Assembly: GCA_905235065.1 (NCBI GenBank)
Contig: CAJOJR010000003.1
Location: 1 to 63,249, forward strand
Reading direction: 5' to 3'
DNA from: an uncultured Bacilli bacterium
GTDB taxonomy: Bacteria > Bacillota_I > Bacilli_A > RF39 > UBA660
DNA: 63,249 nucleotides
Below are positions 51,204 to 60,652 of this stretch, piece after piece. A model generated the notes under the pieces. It was not told where the DNA came from. It saw nothing but the letters and a program-made list of their open reading frames with translations, and searched no databases. How positions within the stretch are numbered: the stretch's first letter is position 1; the number at the start of each line of letters is the position of its first letter. The translations under genes were made by a program, and so were the position numbers.

Positions 51204-52199
51204 ATGTTAGAAAATAAAGACGTAAAATTAATTTCAATAGAAGATATAGTTCCTAATAGATTTCAACCAAGACAAATCTTTAATGAAAAAGAATTAAATG
51301 AACTTGCTGATTCAATTAAGCAACATGGAATTATACAACCATTAATTTTAAGAACATTAGGTGATAAATATGAAATTATTGCAGGAGAAAGAAGATATAG
51401 AGCAGCTATAATAGCTGGTCTTTATAGTGTTCCATCAATTATCGTTGACAAAGATGATGATGAAAGTGCTGAAATAGCTATCATAGAAAACATACAAAGA
51501 AAAGATTTAACACCAATTGAAGAAGCAAAATCATATAAAAAGCTTTTAAATAAAGGAATAACACAAGAAGAAATAGCTCAAAAATTAGGAGTAACTCAGC
51601 CTACAATTGCTAATAAATTAAGATTATTAAATTTAACAGAAGAAGTTCAAGATGCTTTGTTATATAATAAAATATCCGAAAGACATGCAAGAGGTTTATT
51701 AAGATTAGAATCTTCTGAGCAACAAATTAATATGTTAAATAGAATTATAAATGAAAAAATTAACGTAAAACAAACAGAAGAAGAAATAGATAAATTATTG
51801 GGTTATAGTAAACCAACAGAAGAATTAGAAATTCCTATATTTGAAAACGTAATACAACCAATTAAAAATAAAGAAGAGATTGAAGTTCTAAGTCCATTTA
51901 TTGAAAATGAAGAAATATTAAATATAGATGATGAACCTCTAGAAAAATTTGAAGATACTAAAGATTTATTTAAATCAATTGAAGAAGAACCAAAAGATTT
52001 TACTGTTCCTTCAATTGAAAATGTTGAAACAGCAAAATTAGAAGAAGTAAATAATGAAGATGATAAGTATAAATATTTAGAAACTGTTGATAAAACAAGA
52101 GATTTTATTGAGAGTATTAAATCTAAAGGCTTGAAAGTAACATCAGAAGAATATGATATGGATAATGAATATCAAATAATAATAAGAATAGAAAAATAG
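51204..52199 (+). CDS. noc: nucleoid occlusion protein Noc (ParB paralogue)
   Basis: IVPNRFQPRQ, IIAGERRYRAA, the HTH GVTQPTIANKLRLLNL, ISERHARGL and INVKQTEEEI, with a C-terminus ...EYQIIIRIEK. These match B. subtilis Noc (STIANKLRLLKL, ITERHARAL, LNVKQTEDRV, ...LTIRIPK) rather than Spo0J. ATG at 51204 is preferred (GGGTG RBS). GTG at 51195 is possible. Confidence 0.85.
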   Translation: MLENKDVKLISIEDIVPNRFQPRQIFNEKELNELADSIKQHGIIQPLILRTLGDKYEIIAGERRYRAAIIAGLYSVPSIIVDKDDDESAEIAIIENIQRKDLTPIEEAKSYKKLLNKGITQEEIAQKLGVTQPTIANKLRLLNLTEEVQDALLYNKISERHARGLLRLESSEQQINMLNRIINEKINVKQTEEEIDKLLGYSKPTEELEIPIFENVIQPIKNKEEIEVLSPFIENEEILNIDDEPLEKFEDTKDLFKSIEEEPKDFTVPSIENVETAKLEEVNNEDDKYKYLETVDKTRDFIESIKSKGLKVTSEEYDMDNEYQIIIRIEK

Positions 52200-52218
52200 C
52201 TTTTTTAAAGCTATTTTT

Positions 52219-54132
52219 TTAGGTATTGGGTTCTGTACCATTTACATAAAATAATAAAACTCTTTTGTTACCATCATTAATTTCACCACTTAAGGGATTA
52301 ACTAAAGAAGCTGTAATATTATCTGGTATTGTATACCAAGTTTTTTCAGTATTATTTAAAATTCCTTCTATTGTTTTAGCCCAAATATTCTTATTAGCAA
52401 TAGATACATTCTTTTTGGTAGGTCTATTATCATCATAACCACTCCAAACCATTACAAGAGCATCATTATTATATCCTATTGTCCAATTATCAAAAGATGT
52501 ACTTCCACTTTTGACAGAATATTTTCTTGTGATTGTTTTGTTAATACTTAACATAGTAGGAGAAGCATAGTCAACAAAAGTATAATTATAAGTATTTGTT
52601 AACAATTCATTTAATATATAAACATATTTTTTATTCAATACTTCTTCTTCATCACTTTCATATTCATATAGTATGTTATTATTAATATCTGTTACTTTTT
52701 CAATTAAATGAACATGATTTTTTTTACCCATATTAGCAAGTGTTACATAGCCATTAGCAAAATCTATCATACTTATTTCAGAACTACCAAGTGGTAAAGA
52801 TGCATTAGGTTCTAAAACGGTTTCTATTCCAACTTTTTTAGCTGTGTCAATTAAACTATCTGCTCCTAAAAACAAATGTGTTTTAACAGCGTAAATATTA
52901 TCTGAAAAGGCAATTGCTGAAGCTAATGAAATGTTTTTATTAGGATAAATATTACCAGCGTTTTTAGGAGAATATGTTTTATTATTACCTAAATTAAATG
53001 TTGTTGGCTCACTTTTAAAAGTAGAAGATGCGGTAAAACCATTTTCTAAAGCAGAATAGTAAAGAAATGGTTTCATAGTGGAACCCACTTGTCTTTTAGC
53101 TTGTGTAACTCTATTGAATTCACTTTTACTATAATCAGTACCACCTATTAACGCAGAAACATTACCTGTCTTAGGATCAACAACTATAGAAGCTACTTGG
53201 ATATCTTTTATATCTTTAAGTTCATTTTTAATATTATCTTCCAATATTTTTTGATTATTTAAATTTAAATTAGTATATATTTTTAAACCACCAGTATCTA
53301 TTAAAGAGTTTGGTATTGTTTTAATACTATTTAATTCTTGCATTACTGCGTCTTTATAATAATAAATACTAGATAATGATTTATTTTCTTTTTTACCATA
53401 AAATTCAAGTTCAGTATTATAAATATTATTGGCTTCATTTTCAGTTATATATTTATTTTTAACCATACTATTTAAAACAAGTTTTTGTCTCTTTTTAGCA
53501 TTATCATAATAATTAATCGGATTATAATAAGTAGGGTTTTTAGGAATACCAACTAAAATAGATGCTTCTGCAAGTGTTAAATCCTTTGAACTTTTATTAA
53601 AATAATAGTTAGACGCAGCTTCTATGCCATAATTTCCAGCACCATAATTAATAGTATTTAAGTATCCTTCTAGAATTTCATCTTTACTATAATGCACCTC
53701 TAATTCAAAAGTTAAAAAAGCTTCTTCTATTTTTCTTTTCCAGGTTTTATTAAAATCTAGATATAAATTTTTAATATATTGTTGAGAAATTGTTGATGCT
53801 CCTTGTGATAAAGATTTATTTTTAATATTTATAAATAATGCCTTTAAAATTCTAAAATAATCAAAACCTTTATGTTTATAAAAATTTTTGTCTTCAGCAG
53901 AAATTGTAGCATTTATTACATTATCTGAAATATTGTTAAGTTTAACCCAAGTAGCATTACTAGCATTTTCAAATACTAAATTTTTTTCATCATCATATAT
54001 TAATATTTGATTTGAAGTTGTTAGATTTTCTTTTGGTGTTAAGTATGCATAAGCATAAAACCCAAAAATAATTATAGTTATGGAAGAAAATAAAAATATT
54101 GTCAATTTGATGAAAAAGTACAGTTTTTTCAT
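52219..54132 (-). CDS. class A penicillin-binding protein (glycosyltransferase plus transpeptidase)
   Basis: 637 aa with an N-terminal TM helix, the GT51 motifs ISAEDKNFYKHKGFD and GASTISQQY, and the transpeptidase motifs STMKP and KSGST. Confidence 0.9.
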   Translation of the reverse strand: MKKLYFFIKLTIFLFSSITIIIFGFYAYAYLTPKENLTTSNQILIYDDEKNLVFENASNATWVKLNNISDNVINATISAEDKNFYKHKGFDYFRILKALFINIKNKSLSQGASTISQQYIKNLYLDFNKTWKRKIEEAFLTFELEVHYSKDEILEGYLNTINYGAGNYGIEAASNYYFNKSSKDLTLAEASILVGIPKNPTYYNPINYYDNAKKRQKLVLNSMVKNKYITENEANNIYNTELEFYGKKENKSLSSIYYYKDAVMQELNSIKTIPNSLIDTGGLKIYTNLNLNNQKILEDNIKNELKDIKDIQVASIVVDPKTGNVSALIGGTDYSKSEFNRVTQAKRQVGSTMKPFLYYSALENGFTASSTFKSEPTTFNLGNNKTYSPKNAGNIYPNKNISLASAIAFSDNIYAVKTHLFLGADSLIDTAKKVGIETVLEPNASLPLGSSEISMIDFANGYVTLANMGKKNHVHLIEKVTDINNNILYEYESDEEEVLNKKYVYILNELLTNTYNYTFVDYASPTMLSINKTITRKYSVKSGSTSFDNWTIGYNNDALVMVWSGYDDNRPTKKNVSIANKNIWAKTIEGILNNTEKTWYTIPDNITASLVNPLSGEINDGNKRVLLFYVNGTEPNT

Positions 54133-54268
54133 ACACCCTCCGATTACTATATATTAGTATGTTGAATAATTAGATTAATTATTACATATTAATGTATAAA
54201 AAATACTTGATTTATTTAAAATAATAAGTATAATTTTAGGAGATAAATGTTTTATGACGGAGGGTGTT

Positions 54269-54703
54269 ATGAAGTTTAAAACTGTAACAAAAGAAGAATT
54301 AGAATTAATGCCTTTTGATGATATTGCTTATGTAATATTAAAAGAAAAAGGCAAAAAAATGAAAATCAATGAAATATTTAAAATTATATGTGATACTCTT
54401 GAATTAGGTGAATCTGCATTTGAAAATCAAATAGCTGATTTCTTTACTTTACTTGCGACTGAAAAAAGATTTATACAATTAGAAAAAGGTTATTGGGATT
54501 TAAGAGAAAATCACACAGCAGAGATAAGGATTAAAGATATCGAAGATGAACTTAATGAAGAAGAAATTATGGAAGAAGACTATAGTGATTCAGAAGAAAA
54601 TGATGAATATAGTGAAACTAAAGATATTGATGATGATGAAGCTGATGATGATTTAAAAGATCTAGTTATTGTTGATGAAGAAGATGAAGGGAATGATTTA
54701 TAG
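54269..54703 (+). CDS. rpoE: DNA-directed RNA polymerase subunit delta
   Basis: An HARE-HTH N-domain (FDDIAYVILKEKGKKMKINEIF...YWDLREN) plus a long Asp/Glu tail. ATG at 54269 is preferred (GGAGGGTG RBS). The ORF-track start is 54254. Confidence 0.88.
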   Translation: MKFKTVTKEELELMPFDDIAYVILKEKGKKMKINEIFKIICDTLELGESAFENQIADFFTLLATEKRFIQLEKGYWDLRENHTAEIRIKDIEDELNEEEIMEEDYSDSEENDEYSETKDIDDDEADDDLKDLVIVDEEDEGNDL

Positions 54704-54746
54704 CTAGTTTTTTAGTTTTGTTTAAATTAAAAAAGGAGATATAAAT

Positions 54747-55811
54747 ATGGATGAACGTTTAAAAATAATAGAAGAAAGATATAATTTTTTAAATAATGAA
54801 TTACTTAAACCTGAAGTTTATGAAAATTATGAAAAAATGAAGGTATTAAGTAAAGAAAAAACTTTTTTGGAAGAAAAAGTTAATAAATATCATGAATATA
54901 GACAAGTTACTGAAGACATAGAAACAGCTAAAGAAATGTTAAAAGATCCTGAAATGGCTGAATTTGCTTCTGAAGAAATTGAAAATTTAAATAATAAAAA
55001 AGAAGAATTAGAAAGCATTCTAAAGAGAATGTTATTACCAAAAGATCCTAACGATGAAAAGAATGTAATTATGGAGATTAGAGGTGCTGCTGGTGGAGAT
55101 GAAGCAAATATATTTGCCGGTGATCTTTTTAGAATGTACTCTAAATATGCTGAGCATGAAGGATGGAAATTAGAAGTAACTTATGAAGCACCAGGTGAAA
55201 GTGGAGGGTACTCAAATATTGAATTTATTTTAAGTGGAGAAGCAGTTTATTCAAAGCTTAAATATGAAAGTGGTGTTCATAGAGTTCAAAGAGTTCCTGA
55301 AACAGAAAGTCAAGGAAGAGTTCATACTTCAACTGCAACAGTATTAGTTATGCCAGAAGCAGAAGAAGTAGATGTTGAAATAAAAGATTCTGATATAAGA
55401 GTAGATATAACAAGAAGTAGTGGTGCTGGTGGTCAATGTGTAAATACAACAGATTCAGCAGTAAGAATTACTCATATACCTACTGGAATAATAGTTTATT
55501 GTCAAGTTGAAAGAAGCCAAATAAAGAATAAAGAAAGAGCAATGCAAATCTTGAAAACAAGACTTTATGATTTAAAACAAAGAGAGCAAGAAGAAAAACT
55601 TGAAAGTGAACGTAAGAGTAAAATAGGTACAGGGGATAGATCAGAAAAAATTAGAACATATAATTATCCACAGAACAGAATAACAGATCATAGAATTAAT
55701 TTAACGCTTATGCATTTAGATAAAGTTATGGAAGGACATCTTGAAGAAATCATTGAAGCATTAATAACAGAAGATGAAAGAATGAAATTAGAAGCTGATG
55801 AAAACAAATAA
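54747..55811 (+). CDS. prfA: peptide chain release factor 1
   Basis: 354 aa with the RF1-type tripeptide PET (RVPETESQGR) and GGQ (SSGAGGQCVNTTDSAVR). Confidence 0.96.
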   Translation: MDERLKIIEERYNFLNNELLKPEVYENYEKMKVLSKEKTFLEEKVNKYHEYRQVTEDIETAKEMLKDPEMAEFASEEIENLNNKKEELESILKRMLLPKDPNDEKNVIMEIRGAAGGDEANIFAGDLFRMYSKYAEHEGWKLEVTYEAPGESGGYSNIEFILSGEAVYSKLKYESGVHRVQRVPETESQGRVHTSTATVLVMPEAEEVDVEIKDSDIRVDITRSSGAGGQCVNTTDSAVRITHIPTGIIVYCQVERSQIKNKERAMQILKTRLYDLKQREQEEKLESERKSKIGTGDRSEKIRTYNYPQNRITDHRINLTLMHLDKVMEGHLEEIIEALITEDERMKLEADENK

Positions 55812-56535
55812 TGATTTAAATATATCTAAAAGAGAATTAGATGAATTAAAACTTGTTTCTAAAGATTATGAATCTGATTATAAAAAAGTAATGGAAGGGT
55901 ACCCAATTCAATATTTGATTGGGTACGTTAATTTTTATGGATATAAAGTATTTGTTAATGAAAATGTTTTAATACCTAGATATGAAACAGAGTTATTAGT
56001 TGAAAAAACAATTAAATATATTAAAAAGTTATTTAATAAAAAAGTTAATATATTAGATATAGGGGCAGGCAGTGGATGTATAAGTGTTGCTTTAAGTAAG
56101 GAAATAAACTCTAATGTAACTGCATGTGATATAATTGATAAAACTTTGGAATTAGCTGAGACTAATGCAAAAATAAATAATACTAAAATTAATTTTATAA
56201 AAAGTGACTTGTTTGAAAATATAGATGGTAAATTTGATGTTATAATAAGTAATCCACCATATATTGATATTAATGAAAAGATAATGAAAACAGTAGATAA
56301 ATATGAGCCACATGTTGCTTTATATGCCCCTAATAACGGATTATATTTTTATGAAGAAATACTTAAGAATGCTAAAGAATATTTAAAAGATAAGTTTATA
56401 ATAGCTTTTGAAATAGGATGGCTGCAAGGAGAATTTATTAAATCAATTGCTGAGCGTTATTTTAAAAATTGTAAAATAGTAATAGAAAAAGATTATACTG
56501 ATAGAGATAGATATGTTTTTATAATAAATGAATAA
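55798..56535 (+). CDS. prmC: release factor glutamine N5-methyltransferase
   Basis: 245 aa with DIGAGSGCI and SNPPYI. Overlaps prfA by 14 nt. Confidence 0.9.
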   Translation: MKTNNDLNISKRELDELKLVSKDYESDYKKVMEGYPIQYLIGYVNFYGYKVFVNENVLIPRYETELLVEKTIKYIKKLFNKKVNILDIGAGSGCISVALSKEINSNVTACDIIDKTLELAETNAKINNTKINFIKSDLFENIDGKFDVIISNPPYIDINEKIMKTVDKYEPHVALYAPNNGLYFYEEILKNAKEYLKDKFIIAFEIGWLQGEFIKSIAERYFKNCKIVIEKDYTDRDRYVFIINE

Positions 56536-56546
56536 AAAATAAATAA

Positions 56547-56582
56547 AAATACCAATACTTATGTGAAAGGTTGGTATTTTTT
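56547..56582 (+). terminator. hairpin plus T-run after prmC, abutting the spoIIR start
   Basis: AAATACCAA, a 15-nt loop and TTGGTATTT, followed by a T-run ending 2 nt before the ATG at 56584. Confidence 0.55.
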
Positions 56583-56583
56583 A

Positions 56584-57111
56584 ATGAAAAAAATATTAAT
56601 TACAATTTCAATGTTAATAACTATATTCTTATTAATCAAAAATGAAGAAACTTTGATGATACCAGAAGAATCTATAAGATTTAGAGTGATCGCTAATTCA
56701 AATGATAAAAAAGATATTGAAGTAAAAGAATATTTAGTTAGCGAAATAATAAATAATGAGAGTGAAATATTTAACAATTTTACTATAAATGATTCAAGAG
56801 AAAGTATAACTAACAACATTGATAATGTCGAAAAAGTTGTTAGTAATACATTCAAAAAGTTAAATTATGATCAAAAATATAATGTAAAATATGGGATAAA
56901 TTATTTTCCAGAAAAAGAGTATAAAGGATTAAAATACAATTCTGGATATTATGAATCACTTGTCATAACAATAGGAGAAGGAAAAGGGAATAATTATTGG
57001 TGTGTAATGTTCCCGCCTCTTTGTATGATTGATGAAGATAATATTAGTGATGCAGAGTATAAATTCAAAATAGCTGAAATAATAGAAAAATATATCATAA
57101 AAAATAAATAA
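56584..57111 (+). CDS. spoIIR: stage II sporulation protein R
   Basis: A signal/TM segment, then IRFRVIANSNDKKDIEVKEYL (compare LRLHVIANSD) and NYWCVMFPPLCM. The alternative GTG at 56563 lies inside the upstream hairpin loop. Confidence 0.85.
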   Translation: MKKILITISMLITIFLLIKNEETLMIPEESIRFRVIANSNDKKDIEVKEYLVSEIINNESEIFNNFTINDSRESITNNIDNVEKVVSNTFKKLNYDQKYNVKYGINYFPEKEYKGLKYNSGYYESLVITIGEGKGNNYWCVMFPPLCMIDEDNISDAEYKFKIAEIIEKYIIKNK

Positions 57112-57127
57112 TTAAATAATAATTAAT

Positions 57128-57658
57128 ATGGAAATATTAACATTATTTTTAATAGGTTTAAGTCTTAGTATAGATGCTTTTACTATGTCGCTTGCATATG
57201 GAATTATAGGTATTCAAAAGAATAAAATAATTTTATCCTCATTTATAGTAGGATTATTCCATTTTTTTATGCCTTTATTAGGTAGTTTAATTGGATATAA
57301 ATTATTAAATTCTTTTAAAATAAATCCAAAATATTTAATAATAATTATAATATTAGTATTGTTAATAGAAATGATTAAATCAATTAAAGATGAAGAAATA
57401 AAAATTATTAATATGAATATATTTGGTATGTTAGGTTTTGCTTTCTTAGTATCATTAGATAGTTTTACAGTAGGTATGGGAATTAATTATATAATAAATA
57501 AACCAATTTATGCATCAATTGTATTTTCAATTGTGAGTTTTTGTTTTACTTTACTTGGTTATATTTTAGGCAAATATGCATCTAAGAAATTAGAAAAAAC
57601 ATCTAAATATATAGGAATAATTATTTTGTTAATTTTACTTATATATTTCATATTTTAA
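57128..57658 (+). CDS. MntP/YtaF-family (DUF204) membrane protein
   Basis: 176 aa with an internal duplication. Each half has an SxD(A/S)F motif (LSLSIDAF and VSLDSFTVG). Confidence 0.7.
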   Translation: MEILTLFLIGLSLSIDAFTMSLAYGIIGIQKNKIILSSFIVGLFHFFMPLLGSLIGYKLLNSFKINPKYLIIIIILVLLIEMIKSIKDEEIKIINMNIFGMLGFAFLVSLDSFTVGMGINYIINKPIYASIVFSIVSFCFTLLGYILGKYASKKLEKTSKYIGIIILLILLIYFIF

Positions 57659-57706
57659 ATTGATAAAAGCATAAAAATATATTATAGTAGTAATAAGGAG
57701 ATAGTT

Positions 57707-58954
57707 ATGCCAAAGATAAGAATTGAAGGAAATCATGAATTAAATGGTGAAGTTACTATTAGTGGTGCAAAAAACAGTGCAGTAGCTTTAATACCTGCTG
57801 CTATACTTTCCACTAGTAGCGTTATTTATAATGTTCCTAAAATTACAGATATAGATTATTTAATAAAAATATTAGAACTTTTAAATTGTAAAGTAGAGAT
57901 GAAAGATGGAAATTTGTATATAGATTCTTCTAAATCTAAAAATGCAGATATACCAGAAGAATTAAGTGTACAAATGAGGGCGTCTTATTATTTCATGGGG
58001 GCGTTGCTTGCTAAGTTTAAACGTGCTGAAATATGTTATCCTGGTGGATGTAAAATAGGAAATAGACCAATAGATCTTCATATTAAAGGCTTTGAAGCTT
58101 TAGGAGCTAAAGTAACTCAAATTAAAAGTAAATTTATAATTGAAGCAGACTTCTTAAAGGGTGCTAAAATATATTTAGATTTTCCTAGTGTAGGAGCAAC
58201 AATAAATATAATGTTAGCAGCAACTGCTGCAGAAGGTACGACAATAATTGATAACGCAGCCAAAGAGCCTGAAATAGTAAATGTAGCATCTTTCTTAATA
58301 AATATGGGATGTAAAATAACTGGTGCTGGTACAGATAAAATAATAATAGAAGGCGGAAGAAGTTTACATAAAGGTGTTGTTGAAGTATTACCTGATAGAA
58401 TAGAAGCAGGAACTTACTTGATAATAGGTGCTTTATTAGGCGATTTGAAAATTAAAAATGTTATTGCAGAACATATACATGCGGTACTAGTTAAATTAAA
58501 AGAAGTTGGTGTTAAGTATGAAATTCAAAAAGATGGAATACTTATACATAAATGTAATAATATAAATCCAACAACAATAACAACATTAGGTTTTCCAGGT
58601 TTTCCTACTGATTTACAACAACCTTTCACAACGTTGCTTACTCAAGCAGAAGGTAAATCTATAATTAATGAAACAATATATGAATCAAGATTTAGAAATG
58701 CAGAATATTTAAATATAATGGGTGCTAATACTAAGTTAATATCTTTTGACACCCTTGAAATCAATGGTAAAACTCCTTTAAGAGGTGCTGATGTTTATTC
58801 AACGGACTTAAGAGCAGGAGCATCTTTGTTAGTCGCAGGTTTAATCGCAAATGGGATAACAACAATAGATAATATTGAACTTATTTTAAGAGGTTATGAA
58901 GATGTGGTTGAGAAACTTCAAAAAATAGGTGCTAAAATTGAATTGATACCATAA
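57707..58954 (+). CDS. murA: UDP-N-acetylglucosamine 1-carboxyvinyltransferase
   Basis: 415 aa with GAKNSAVALIPAA, the active-site Cys in PGGCKIGNRPIDLH, and TDLRAGASL. Confidence 0.96.
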   Translation: MPKIRIEGNHELNGEVTISGAKNSAVALIPAAILSTSSVIYNVPKITDIDYLIKILELLNCKVEMKDGNLYIDSSKSKNADIPEELSVQMRASYYFMGALLAKFKRAEICYPGGCKIGNRPIDLHIKGFEALGAKVTQIKSKFIIEADFLKGAKIYLDFPSVGATINIMLAATAAEGTTIIDNAAKEPEIVNVASFLINMGCKITGAGTDKIIIEGGRSLHKGVVEVLPDRIEAGTYLIIGALLGDLKIKNVIAEHIHAVLVKLKEVGVKYEIQKDGILIHKCNNINPTTITTLGFPGFPTDLQQPFTTLLTQAEGKSIINETIYESRFRNAEYLNIMGANTKLISFDTLEINGKTPLRGADVYSTDLRAGASLLVAGLIANGITTIDNIELILRGYEDVVEKLQKIGAKIELIP

Positions 58955-58987
58955 AATTTAACAAGATATGTTTTTTTGGGAGGATAT

Positions 58988-59734
58988 ATGAACAGAAAAA
59001 CACTTGTTATTTTTTTTATTGGAATAATACTATCATTCATTATATTTAAAATAACATATAAAGAGAAAATAAATTATTTAGCCTTAGGAGATGAACTAGT
59101 ACTTGGATATACACCATTTGATTCTTATAATAAAAGTTACTCAGATTATTTTAGTGAATATTTAAAAAACAAGAAAAATCTAGGCTTTTATATAACTGAT
59201 TTTAGTGAATATAATTATAATATAAAAGAATTATTAGAAGATATGGAAGATGTTAAAGAAATAAATGTTAGTAATGAAAAAATAAATATTAATCAAGCGA
59301 TATCATCTTCTAATATAATAACTTTATCATTTGGACAAAAAGAATTATATATTTTACTCAGTAAAAATTATGATGGTAAGTTAAAAAACATAGATGAGAT
59401 TTATAAATATATAGATGAATATTTCAGTGATTATGTATGTCTATTAAATAAAATAAGAAAGATTAATTCTAATAAAATATATATAATCGGTTTATATAAT
59501 CCTTTAATAAATACTAATCAAGACACAATTGTTAAATTGAATCAAATATTTAATTATATTAATAATAAATTTAAGACTTTAGAAGATAATAAAAACATAT
59601 ATTATGTTGAAATATCAAAAGAAATGGATAATAAGAGTTATTATATTCCTAATATTAGAAATCCTTACCCATCTCTAGAGGGATATAACTATATTTCTAA
59701 TAAACTAATATGTAAAGTTTCTAAAAAATGTTGA
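58988..59734 (+). CDS. membrane-anchored SGNH/GDSL-like protein with degenerate catalytic motifs
   Basis: An N-terminal TM helix. Block I reads LALGDELVLG (GDS becomes GDE). Block III reads LSFGQKEL (no GxND). The C-terminal block reads RNPYPSLEGYNYI (no DxxH). ATG at 58988 has a GGGAGG RBS. Confidence 0.5.
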   Translation: MNRKTLVIFFIGIILSFIIFKITYKEKINYLALGDELVLGYTPFDSYNKSYSDYFSEYLKNKKNLGFYITDFSEYNYNIKELLEDMEDVKEINVSNEKININQAISSSNIITLSFGQKELYILLSKNYDGKLKNIDEIYKYIDEYFSDYVCLLNKIRKINSNKIYIIGLYNPLINTNQDTIVKLNQIFNYINNKFKTLEDNKNIYYVEISKEMDNKSYYIPNIRNPYPSLEGYNYISNKLICKVSKKC

Positions 59735-59810
59735 TTTTTATGTATTTTTTGTTATAATACTATTTGAAGAAATTTCTATAGTTATTAATTAACTATGGCG
59801 AGGAGGGATT

Positions 59811-60011
59811 ATGAAAAAGGGAATACATCCAGAATTAAAAGAATGTAAGGTTAAATGTGCATGTGGTAACGAATTTACTGTTAAATCAACTAAAGAATCA
59901 ATTCAACTTGAAACATGTAATAAATGCCATTCATTTTATACAGGTAAGTATAAAACTGCTAAAACAGGTAACGTTCAAAAATTCAAAGAAAAATATGGAA
60001 TTAAAGAGTAA
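59811..60011 (+). CDS. rpmE: 50S ribosomal protein L31 (zinc-binding type A)
   Basis: 66 aa with MKKGIHPE and Cys motifs CACGN...CNKCH. The leader contains the hairpin CTATAGTTA-ttaat-TAACTATGG before the GAGGAGGG RBS. Confidence 0.95.
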   Translation: MKKGIHPELKECKVKCACGNEFTVKSTKESIQLETCNKCHSFYTGKYKTAKTGNVQKFKEKYGIKE

Positions 60012-60195
60012 ACTTTACACAAGTTTGCTTTTTTTATTATAAAATAAGATATAATAAAATCGGGTGATGATATATTTGAAGTTAAATCTACTACTGGTAG
60101 AAAACAAATATATCATGTTGTAAATGAAGATGTTAAATTGAGGTGATTTATAAATTATTTTTCTAAAATAGTTTATAATAAAATTAGGTGATTAT

Positions 60196-60606
60196 ATGAA
60201 AATAATTATTGGTAATGATCATAATGGTTATGAATTAAAAAAGGAAATTATTAAATATTTAAAAGATAATAGGTATTATCTTGAGGATGTAGGATGCGAT
60301 AGCGTCGAATCAGTTGATTATCCTCTAATAGCAAAAAAAGTATGTGATGAAGTATTAACAGATGAGGATAATTTAGGTATTCTTATTTGTGGTACGGGTA
60401 TAGGTATGTCAATTGCTGCTAATAGAATAAAAGGAATAAGATGTGCTAAAGTATCTACTGAAGATGAAGTTGCGTTATCAAGACTACATAATAACGCTAA
60501 TGTAATTGCTTTTTCTGGTAGAATAGATAAATCATTAGCATTAAGATTTGTTGATAAATTTATTAATACATCTTTTTCAAATAAAGAAAGACATATGAAG
60601 AAATAA
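60196..60606 (+). CDS. rpiB: ribose-5-phosphate isomerase B
   Basis: 136 aa with MKIIIGNDHNGYELK and ICGTGIGMSIAANR. Confidence 0.9.
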   Translation: MKIIIGNDHNGYELKKEIIKYLKDNRYYLEDVGCDSVESVDYPLIAKKVCDEVLTDEDNLGILICGTGIGMSIAANRIKGIRCAKVSTEDEVALSRLHNNANVIAFSGRIDKSLALRFVDKFINTSFSNKERHMKK

Positions 60607-60652
60607 TCAAATCGACAATTTATAGTAATATTTTTAAATTAAATTTAATATA

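Noticed and set aside
60055-60150. A short open frame (..SGDDIFEVKSTTGRKQIYHVVNEDVKLR*) and a 19-codon GTG ORF in the 184-nt rpmE-rpiB spacer, considered as a possible gene remnant or small protein.
   Set aside because: The longer frame has no start codon, I recognise no family, and there is no RBS. The spacer more plausibly just carries the rpiB promoter (a TATAAT near 60172-60177).
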